Shown piece by piece: positions 17,961 to 25,372 of a stretch of DNA of 32,000 bases. Position 1 is the stretch's first letter. Each line of letters starts with the position of its first letter. Source of the DNA: Clostridia bacterium (GTDB taxonomy: Bacteria > Bacillota > Clostridia > TANB77 > CAG-465); NCBI GenBank assembly GCA_036660635.1, contig JAVXAF010000002.1:1-32000 (forward strand), in the 5' to 3' direction. The notes under the pieces are model-generated. The model was not told where the DNA came from and did no database searches. It worked only from the letters and a program-made list of their open reading frames with translations. A program made the position numbers and the translations under genes.

Positions 17961-18139
17961 TCATCTATAAAAGTTCCAAGAGATACAATAAAATTGTTTT
18001 TATAAACATGTATTGCTTCTATATTTAATTTATCAGTAGCAAGAAGTATTATTATAATAAGTTTATTAATGTCTAAATTTCCAACTTTGTATTTTTTTAT
18101 AATTTCTGAGAGGTCACAATTTGAAAATAAATCGTTCAT
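17957..18139 (-). CDS. Small hypothetical protein (60 aa)
   Basis: A strong Shine-Dalgarno (TAGGAGGG on the minus strand) lies 7 nt upstream of the ATG. There is one central hydrophobic stretch. Confidence 0.5.
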   Translation of the reverse strand: MNDLFSNCDLSEIIKKYKVGNLDINKLIIIILLATDKLNIEAIHVYKNNFIVSLGTFIDD

Positions 18140-18222
18140 AAAATTCCCTCCTATAAAATTATATTGATATTATTGTTTTTTTATGAAGAGTATAGTATAA
18201 TAATATTACTAGGAGGTAGCAA

Positions 18223-18915
18223 ATGAAAAAAACAAATAGGGTGATTAGCTTTTTTGTAATTGTAATATCTATGGCGCTTATATATACATTAAGTGTTGTG
18301 CTACTTGACAATTCTTCAAAGATAAATCAGGGTAAATATAGAGTTAATGACATTGTACTTTTATCAACTGTAAATGTAGAAGAAAAAAATGAAAAGCAAG
18401 AACAAACTAATATTTCTGACTTAGTGCTTAATTTATCACAGTCAAACAAAATTTCTATGCTAATGTCAAAAGATGAAAAATATAATAAAATGTATATTGA
18501 TAACATTTCTGTTTCAAACCCAAAACTATTAGGTGAAATTTATTATACTCAAGAAGGCTTAGAAGATACTTTTACTAAAATAACAAAAGAAACAAAAGCT
18601 ATAGAAATATATCCTGTAGAAAAAGATGAACAATATTTTGTTGAAATGAAATTTGAAAATGCAAATTTTTTAAAGGATGCTAAAATACCAGAAGATATTA
18701 ATAAGATTGTATATGATGGGACTATTTTAAAGAACTTAAATGTTGATGAGGGTAATTTAAAATTTAACATTAAATTTAATTTTAATATTGTTGATATAAC
18801 AGGAAAGAAAAGTGTGTGCAAATTTAATTTAACTGTACCAAATGATGAAATTAGTAAAAATGGAATAAATATTACAAGACTAGATGTTTCTGATTATGGA
18901 TTTAAACTAAAATAA
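18223..18915 (+). CDS. Hypothetical membrane-anchored / exported protein (230 aa)
   Basis: A TAGGAGG Shine-Dalgarno is present. An N-terminal signal-anchor helix (VISFFVIVISMALIYTLSVVLL) is followed by a hydrophilic domain with no recognised motif. Confidence 0.55.
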   Translation: MKKTNRVISFFVIVISMALIYTLSVVLLDNSSKINQGKYRVNDIVLLSTVNVEEKNEKQEQTNISDLVLNLSQSNKISMLMSKDEKYNKMYIDNISVSNPKLLGEIYYTQEGLEDTFTKITKETKAIEIYPVEKDEQYFVEMKFENANFLKDAKIPEDINKIVYDGTILKNLNVDEGNLKFNIKFNFNIVDITGKKSVCKFNLTVPNDEISKNGINITRLDVSDYGFKLK

Positions 18916-18937
18916 AGAGCAAATATAAAATAAATAC

Positions 18938-18966
18938 TTGAAAAATTAGAGTGCATGATATATAAT
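18938..18966 (+). promoter_or_regulatory. Sigma-A promoter of the SRP RNA (and probably dnaX)
   Basis: TTGAAA-17 nt-TATAAT, ending 7 nt before the SRP RNA helix. Confidence 0.65.
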
Positions 18967-18972
18967 ATAAAT

Positions 18973-19056
18973 GCACTAAACGATAGAGCACTGCAAACCT
19001 TGTCAGATCCGGAAGGAAGCAGCAATAAGCATTACGCTCTATGTGTTTGGTGTAAT
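18973..19056 (+). ncRNA. ffs: Signal recognition particle RNA, short (4.5S-like) form
   Basis: The domain IV core GTCAGATCCGGAAGGAAGCAGC is present. The closing helix pairs CACTAAAC.GATAGAGC with GCTCTAT..GTTTGGTG. The position immediately upstream of dnaX is typical for Firmicutes. Confidence 0.85.
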
Positions 19057-19078
19057 TTTGTATAAGGGGGAGAGTTTT

Positions 19079-20641
19079 ATGTCATATGTAGCATTATATA
19101 GAAAATATAGGCCTAACACTTTTGATGGTATTGTAGGACAGAAAAATATAACCCAAATACTTAAGAATCAAGTAAGAAGTGGAAAAATTTCACATGCATA
19201 TATTTTTAGTGGAACAAGAGGAACCGGAAAAACAAGTGCTGCAAAGGTTTTGGCAAGAGCAATAAACTGCTTGAATCCACAAAATGGAGAACCATGTAAT
19301 GAATGTGAAGTTTGTAAAAATATACTAGAAGGAAATACAACTGACGTTATTGAAATGGACGCAGCATCAAATAATAGCGTAGATAATATTAGACAAATAA
19401 GACAAGAAGTTGTATATGCAACTATTGATGTTAAATATAGAGTATATATAATTGATGAGGTACATATGCTAACAACTAGTGCATTTAATGCACTACTAAA
19501 AACGCTTGAAGAGCCACCTGAAAATGTTGTATTTATTCTTGCAACAACAGAACAACATAAAATACCAGTTACAATACTTTCAAGGTGTTTAAGATTTGAT
19601 TTTAATAGAATATCTGATATAGATATTGTAAATAGACTAAAATTTGTATTAGAAAAAGAAGAAGTACAATATGAGCAAAAAGCACTAGAATATATTGCAA
19701 TGCTTGCAGAAGGTGGACTAAGAGACGCACTAAGCATTTTGGACAGATGTGTATTAGAAAAAAGTGAAGAATTAAGATATAGTGATGTGTTAAAAATAGT
19801 AGGAGCAACAGATAAAAGTTTAATTGACGATGTGGTAAACAATGTGTTAGATTATAATACAAATACCGCATTGGAAATTATCGATAAAGTAATAAAAAAG
19901 GGAAATGATTTAAGACAATTTATCTGCCAAATAACAGAAGTATTTTTAGAAAAACTTTTGAAAATGGGAGAAAAAGAAGATAAAACTAGACTTATAAAAA
20001 TAATAGACATTTTATCAAAAATGGATTCGCAAATTAGATTTACTACAAGTCCAGTTATCGTACTTAAAGCATGTATTGTTGAAATATCTAGTATTAGCGT
20101 ATTAGTTGAAAATTCGACAATATCTACTACAGGTAATGTGGATATCAACTTTTTAATTGAAAAAGTTGATAAACTAGATAAAAAAGTAGAATTATTAACT
20201 TCAAAACTAAATTATCAAGATAAAAAAAAATCTGATGAGGAAGAATATATAAGTAAAAACATAGATAACTCAGAAATAAAAGAAAATAAAGACAGAAAAC
20301 ATCAGGTACAATCAGTAATTAAACAAAAAAAGCAAATTAATGATATAGATGAAATAAAAAAAATTATATTAAAAAGTGGTAAACTCAAGCTTTATTCAGC
20401 TTTAGCAGGTGCAACATTATTAAATAATGAGCAAAAAGTATCAGTTGTTACGTCCAATACATTTGCATATAATATATTAAAAATGCAAGACAATATAGAA
20501 ATCTTAAGTGAAGTCTTAAATGATACATATTCAATACAAAAACCTGTGAGTGTTGAACTTGAAGAAAAACAAGAAGTAGTACAAAATAAGATGGAAAATT
20601 TATTAAAAAATCAAGATATAAATTATACATCAATGGATTAA
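19079..20641 (+). CDS. dnaX: DNA polymerase III subunit tau/gamma
   Basis: An AAGGGGGAG Shine-Dalgarno is present. The N-terminus is MSYVALYRKYRPNTF. Walker A is GTRGTGKTS, the Zn module is CNECEVC, Walker B is IIDEVHML, and SRC is present in LSRCLRF. Confidence 0.95.
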   Translation: MSYVALYRKYRPNTFDGIVGQKNITQILKNQVRSGKISHAYIFSGTRGTGKTSAAKVLARAINCLNPQNGEPCNECEVCKNILEGNTTDVIEMDAASNNSVDNIRQIRQEVVYATIDVKYRVYIIDEVHMLTTSAFNALLKTLEEPPENVVFILATTEQHKIPVTILSRCLRFDFNRISDIDIVNRLKFVLEKEEVQYEQKALEYIAMLAEGGLRDALSILDRCVLEKSEELRYSDVLKIVGATDKSLIDDVVNNVLDYNTNTALEIIDKVIKKGNDLRQFICQITEVFLEKLLKMGEKEDKTRLIKIIDILSKMDSQIRFTTSPVIVLKACIVEISSISVLVENSTISTTGNVDINFLIEKVDKLDKKVELLTSKLNYQDKKKSDEEEYISKNIDNSEIKENKDRKHQVQSVIKQKKQINDIDEIKKIILKSGKLKLYSALAGATLLNNEQKVSVVTSNTFAYNILKMQDNIEILSEVLNDTYSIQKPVSVELEEKQEVVQNKMENLLKNQDINYTSMD

Positions 20642-20679
20642 GATATTTATAGATAAAAATAAAGAAAGGATGATTTATA

Positions 20680-21015
20680 ATGGGTAAATTTGGAGGGTTC
20701 CCAGGCGGTGGCATGGGAGGAAATATGCAAAATATTTTAAAACAAGCACAAAAAATGCAAAAAGAAATGCAAGAAAAACAAGAACAAATAGCAACTAAAC
20801 AAATAGAAACTTCAGCAGGTGGTGGAGCAGTTATAGTAAAAGCCACAGGAGATAAAGTGATTAAAGAAATCATAATTAAACCTGAAGTTGTCGATAAAGA
20901 GGATATTGAAATGCTACAAGATTTAATACTTACAGCTGTAAATGAAGCTTTAGGCAAGGCTGATACAATGATGAATTCAGAACTTGGAAATTTAAACATG
21001 CCTGGAATGTTTTAG
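20680..21015 (+). CDS. ybaB: YbaB/EbfC nucleoid-associated protein
   Basis: The N-terminus is Gly-rich, followed by [16 protein letters not shown]...SAGGGAV.V...G. The gene shows the usual dnaX-ybaB-recR synteny. Confidence 0.92.
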   Translation: MGKFGGFPGGGMGGNMQNILKQAQKMQKEMQEKQEQIATKQIETSAGGGAVIVKATGDKVIKEIIIKPEVVDKEDIEMLQDLILTAVNEALGKADTMMNSELGNLNMPGMF

Positions 21016-21022
21016 GTGAAAT

Positions 21023-21616
21023 ATGTATTCAGATACAATTAACAAATTAATAAATCAATTTGAAAAACTTCCTGGAATTGGGCATAAGAGTGCAGTAAGG
21101 TTAGCTTTCTACATTTTAGAAGCACCAAAGCAAACTGCTCAAACTATGGCAGATATATTAGTTGAAGCAAAAGAAAAAGTTAGATTTTGTTCAATTTGCT
21201 ATAATATAACAGAGAATGATCCTTGTAATATTTGTTCCAACACAAAAAGGGATGAATCAATTCTTTGTGTAGTAGAAAATGTAAAAGATGTTGTGGCTAT
21301 GGAAAAAACCCATGAGTATAAAGGAAAATATCACGTTCTACATGGATCTATTTCTCCTATGAATAATATAACAGCAGGAGATATTAAAATCAAGGAACTT
21401 TTAGAAAGATTAAAAGATGATAAGATAAAAGAAGTTATTTTAGCTACAAATCCTACTGTCGAAGGAGAAGCAACAGCTATGTATATTTCTAGGTTAATTA
21501 AACCACTTGGTATTGAAGTAACTAGAATAGCGCATGGAATACCAGTTGGCGGAGATCTTGAATATACTGATGAAATAACAATTATAAAAGCACTAGAAGG
21601 TAGAAGAAAAATGTAG
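21023..21616 (+). CDS. recR: Recombination protein RecR
   Basis: The HhH motif is [14 protein letters not shown] and the C4 zinc finger is CSICYN..CNIC. A Toprim domain is present. Confidence 0.95.
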   Translation: MYSDTINKLINQFEKLPGIGHKSAVRLAFYILEAPKQTAQTMADILVEAKEKVRFCSICYNITENDPCNICSNTKRDESILCVVENVKDVVAMEKTHEYKGKYHVLHGSISPMNNITAGDIKIKELLERLKDDKIKEVILATNPTVEGEATAMYISRLIKPLGIEVTRIAHGIPVGGDLEYTDEITIIKALEGRRKM

Positions 21617-21673
21617 TAGGTAAAGTATAACTTTACCTACCACATAATCTTGTTTATATAAGTTAAACAAGAT
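21617..21673 (+). terminator. Two tandem hairpins after recR (possible terminator, no clear U-tract)
   Basis: TAGGTAAAG-TATAA-CTTTACCTA (21617..21639) and ATCTTGTTTA-7 nt-TAAACAAGAT (21647..21673). Confidence 0.35.
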
Positions 21674-21784
21674 GGTATATATAAAATAAAAAAATATATA
21701 TAAAACTATGATCATAGTTATATATATAGTATGACCAATAAAATAATATATATACATTGTATTAAAATATTTTAAGGAGCATTT

Positions 21785-23218
21785 ATGAAAAATAATGAAA
21801 AATATCTAGAGTTAAGAGAAAAATATAATACATTTATTTATCATAGCTATAAATTATCTCAAGATAGTCAAAAGATAACTATTGAGTATAATTTTGAAAT
21901 AGTAGACTTGGCAACTTTTAATCCAAAATTAGTAATATATAAAAAAAATTTAAAAAATGTCAATAAAGATTTAGAAGTTGATGATATTGATCTTGAAGAC
22001 GGTATATTAAAAAATTTAGCTTTTAATTTTGGAATGGAAGATATTATAAACTACTTAAAACTTACATGTTCTAAAAATGTTGTAATAGAGTGTGGATATT
22101 TAGATGAAAAACAGGAGCAATGGTTTAGAAAATTATATATTAATGGACTAGGAGAATTTTTCTATATTAATGGAATTGATTTTAAACCAGATGATTTTGT
22201 GACATTTACTTCAAATAAAAATTATATTTGTAAAAAAAATTTATCAAATAAGAAATTACATGGAAATCTAATACCAGTTGGAGGAGGAAAAGACTCTTGT
22301 GTTACACTTGAAGTTTTAAAGCCATTAAAAAATGAAAATACAGCATTTGTTGTAGAAACTAATTTCAATATAAAAGCACCCAATAATGTTATTGAAGTTG
22401 CAGGATATAAAGATAATTCTTTATATGCAAAAAGAATATTAGATACAAAAATGTTTGAACTAAATAAACAAGGCTTTTTAAACGGTCACACACCATTTTC
22501 GGCAATGCTTGCATTTTTAACTAATATTGTTGCGTATGTAGCAGGTAAAAAATATGTTGTATTATCTAATGAATCTAGCGCAAATGAGCCAACAGTAAAA
22601 GGTACAAAAATAAATCATCAATATTCTAAGAGTATAGAACTTGAAAATGATTTTAGATGGTATGAAAATAATTATTTAAAAAGTGGAGTAGAATATTTTA
22701 GTTTACTTAGACCGCTTACTGAACTACAAATAGCAAAAATATTTACAAGTTCTAGGACATTTAATAAGGTATTTAGAAGTTGCAATGTTGGAAGTAAAGA
22801 TGATGTATGGTGTTGTAATTGTCCTAAGTGTTTATTTGTATATATAATGTTATCAACATTTTTAACAGATGATAATCTTATTTCAATATTTGGCGAAAAT
22901 TTACTAGAAAAAGAAAATTTAAAAGATATTTTTTATGAGCTTATAGGAAAAGAGAAAGCAAAACCGTTTGAATGTGTTGGTACAATTGATGAAATTAATT
23001 TTAGCATATGTAAAAAAATACAAAGAAATATTGAAGATGGTATAGATCTTCCAAAACTTCTTAAAATATATTTTGAAAAAGAAATGAAAAGTGATATATC
23101 AAAAGTAAAATTATATATAAAAGAAAATGAAAAAAAGTTATTGCACTCATACTTTGATTGTAATAATGTTAAAGGTGAGTTTAAAAAGCTTTTAAAGAAA
23201 AAGTTAAAAGAGGATTAA
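21785..23218 (+). CDS. PP-loop-like ATP-utilising protein with a C-terminal Cys cluster; candidate MurL-like partner of the downstream MurD-family ligase
   Basis: An AAGGAG Shine-Dalgarno is present. The PP-loop-like motif is IPVGGGKDSCV (compare SGGKDS). The Cys cluster is CNVGSKDDVWCCNCPKC. The stop lies 2 nt before the next ATG. The MurL assignment is an inference, not a recognised sequence match. Confidence 0.35.
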   Translation: MKNNEKYLELREKYNTFIYHSYKLSQDSQKITIEYNFEIVDLATFNPKLVIYKKNLKNVNKDLEVDDIDLEDGILKNLAFNFGMEDIINYLKLTCSKNVVIECGYLDEKQEQWFRKLYINGLGEFFYINGIDFKPDDFVTFTSNKNYICKKNLSNKKLHGNLIPVGGGKDSCVTLEVLKPLKNENTAFVVETNFNIKAPNNVIEVAGYKDNSLYAKRILDTKMFELNKQGFLNGHTPFSAMLAFLTNIVAYVAGKKYVVLSNESSANEPTVKGTKINHQYSKSIELENDFRWYENNYLKSGVEYFSLLRPLTELQIAKIFTSSRTFNKVFRSCNVGSKDDVWCCNCPKCLFVYIMLSTFLTDDNLISIFGENLLEKENLKDIFYELIGKEKAKPFECVGTIDEINFSICKKIQRNIEDGIDLPKLLKIYFEKEMKSDISKVKLYIKENEKKLLHSYFDCNNVKGEFKKLLKKKLKED

Positions 23219-23220
23219 TT

Positions 23221-24537
23221 ATGGAAGATATAATTAGAGAATTACGTGGTAGAAAAATAGCAATATATGGATTCGGAAGAGAAGGAAAATCTACATATAA
23301 AATTATAAGAAAATACTTAAAATCTGAAGAGATTTTAATTATGGATAAAAATATCAATAGCATTTTTGAAGAATCTAAAATGAAAATAGAAAATGATAAA
23401 AAAACTAGAATTTTAGCTGACGAGAATTTAAAAGTTTTAGAAGAATATGACTTGATATTTAAAACACCAGGAATTTCTTTTAATGGAAAAAAAATAGATA
23501 AAATAAAAGGAAAAATAACTTCACAACTACAAATGTTTTTAAAGTATGCAAAAGTTTATACCATTGGAGTAACAGGAACAAAAGGCAAAAGTACAACTAG
23601 CTCTTTAATATATCAAATATTAAAAGATCAAGAAAAAAAGACATGTCTTATTGGTAATATTGGAGTACCAGTTTTTGAAGAAATTGAAAATATAGAAAAA
23701 ATGGATTACGCTGTAATTGAAATTTCGGCCCATCAATTAGAATTTATTCATAATTCACCTAATATAGCAGTATTACTAAATTTATTTGAAGAACATTTAG
23801 ATCATTTTGGAACATATCAAAAGTATATAAACGCAAAATTAAATATATTCAGATTTCAAGAAAAAAAAGATTTTGCAGTATATAATACAGATAGTAAAGT
23901 AGTAGTTGAAAATGTGGATAATTTAAGTGTAATTTCAAACAAAATGGGAGTAGCTACTAAAACTGCAAAAAAACAATTTACTTTTGACTTTAATGAAAAA
24001 AGATATTTAATTGGTAAACACAATGAAATTAATATAATGTTTGCTTTAACAGTAGCAAAAATTCTTAGATTAAATGAAAATCAAACAAATGAAACAATAT
24101 ATGAGTTCAAATCTTTACCACACAGGATGGAATTTATTGGAAAGTTTAATGGAGTGGATTACTATAATGATTCTATATCAACAATACCAGAAGCTACGAT
24201 TGCATGTGTAAATTCAATTAAAAACACATCCACTGTTATAATTGGTGGTTTAGATAGAGGAGTAAGCTACAATGAATTAATACAATTTTTACAAAAATCT
24301 AATTTGGATAATATTATTTGTATGAGCACAACTGGTAAAAAAATATATGATATAATTAAAGATAAATGTAAGGCAAATGTAGAATATTTTGAAACGTTAG
24401 AAGAATGTGTAAAAAAAGCAAAAGAAGTTACTATAAAAAATAAAGCATGTATATTTTCACCTGCTGCTGCAAGTTATAATATGTTTAAAAATTTTGAACA
24501 ACGAGGAGATGCATTTAAAGCACTAGTTAAATCTTAA
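23221..24537 (+). CDS. murD: MurD-family UDP-N-acetylmuramoyl-L-alanine--glutamate ligase (D-Glu or L-Glu specific)
   Basis: The N-terminal Rossmann motif is IAIYGFGREG and the P-loop is IGVTGTKGKSTT. The C-terminal MurD signature is FSPAAASYNMFKNFEQRGDAFKALV. Confidence 0.8.
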   Translation: MEDIIRELRGRKIAIYGFGREGKSTYKIIRKYLKSEEILIMDKNINSIFEESKMKIENDKKTRILADENLKVLEEYDLIFKTPGISFNGKKIDKIKGKITSQLQMFLKYAKVYTIGVTGTKGKSTTSSLIYQILKDQEKKTCLIGNIGVPVFEEIENIEKMDYAVIEISAHQLEFIHNSPNIAVLLNLFEEHLDHFGTYQKYINAKLNIFRFQEKKDFAVYNTDSKVVVENVDNLSVISNKMGVATKTAKKQFTFDFNEKRYLIGKHNEINIMFALTVAKILRLNENQTNETIYEFKSLPHRMEFIGKFNGVDYYNDSISTIPEATIACVNSIKNTSTVIIGGLDRGVSYNELIQFLQKSNLDNIICMSTTGKKIYDIIKDKCKANVEYFETLEECVKKAKEVTIKNKACIFSPAAASYNMFKNFEQRGDAFKALVKS

Positions 24538-24549
24538 AATTAAATTCAG

Positions 24550-24566
24550 GTTACAAAAAAGTTACA
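24550..24566 (-). promoter_or_regulatory. WalR-type direct-repeat binding site
   Basis: The minus strand reads TGTAAC-TTTTT-TGTAAC. This matches the published WalR/YycF consensus TGT(A/T)A(A/T/C)-N5-TGT(A/T)A(A/T/C) exactly. It ends 51 nt upstream of the walR -10. Confidence 0.55.
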
Positions 24567-24613
24567 AAAAAACAAAAAATATTACATAAATTATAGCAAA
24601 AAAAAAATATACA

Positions 24614-24622
24614 TGATATAAT
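24614..24622 (+). promoter_or_regulatory. Extended -10 promoter element of the walRK-like operon
   Basis: TGATATAAT (TGnTATAAT). The -35 is weak (TAGCAA, 17 nt upstream). Confidence 0.45.
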
Positions 24623-24654
24623 GTTTTTATAATAATTTAGTGAGGTGTATATAT

Positions 24655-25356
24655 ATGAATGATAAAAAAATTTTAATAGTTGATGATGAAAAACCAATTG
24701 TTGATATATTGAAATTCAATTTAGAAAAAGAAGGCTTTATTACGACTGTTGCATATGATGGCCAAGAGGCAATAAATCTTGCTCTTTCAGTTAAACCGGA
24801 TTTAATATTACTTGATTTAATGCTACCTAAAATCGACGGCTTTAATGTATGCAAGGAACTAAGAAAGACTTTAGTTTGCCCTATTATAATGCTAACAGCA
24901 AAAGAAGAGGTCGTAGATAAAATTATTGGACTTGAACTAGGAGCCGATGATTATATGACAAAACCTTTTAGCATTAGAGAAGTTATTGCTAGAATAAAAG
25001 CTAATCTTAGAAAACACATCGTGCCAGATACAGAAGAAGAAAGAAAATCTTCAAAATCAAAAATTAAAATCAAGGATATGGTAATAGATCCTGAAAGGTA
25101 TATTGCAATTGTAGGGTCTAAAGTAATAGACTTAACAATAAAAGAATTTGAACTTTTAAAAATGTTATCTTCAGCACCCAATCAAGTATTTACAAGAGAA
25201 CAAATATTAAGAGGCGTTTGGGGATATGATTTTTATGGGGATGCTAGAACAGTAGATGTTACAGTTAGAAGATTAAGAGAAAAAATAGAAAAAAATCCAG
25301 CTGAACCACAGTATGTTATGACAAAAAGAGGAATGGGATACTACGTTTCAAATTAA
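24655..25356 (+). CDS. walR: OmpR-family response regulator, WalR/YycF-like
   Basis: MNDKKILIVDDEKPIVDILKFNLEKEGF closely parallels B. subtilis WalR [27 protein letters not shown]. The protein has a receiver domain and a winged-helix domain. GAGG precedes ATG 24655, so the ORF-track GTG 24640 is less likely. Confidence 0.8.
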   Translation: MNDKKILIVDDEKPIVDILKFNLEKEGFITTVAYDGQEAINLALSVKPDLILLDLMLPKIDGFNVCKELRKTLVCPIIMLTAKEEVVDKIIGLELGADDYMTKPFSIREVIARIKANLRKHIVPDTEEERKSSKSKIKIKDMVIDPERYIAIVGSKVIDLTIKEFELLKMLSSAPNQVFTREQILRGVWGYDFYGDARTVDVTVRRLREKIEKNPAEPQYVMTKRGMGYYVSN

Positions 25357-25372
25357 TAGGTAGGAAAAGCTT

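Noticed and set aside
19168-20999. Minus-strand ORFs of 224, 89, 98 and 183 aa across dnaX and ybaB.
   Set aside because: They are antisense shadows of strongly conserved genes, with Ser/Leu/Phe-rich nonsense composition.
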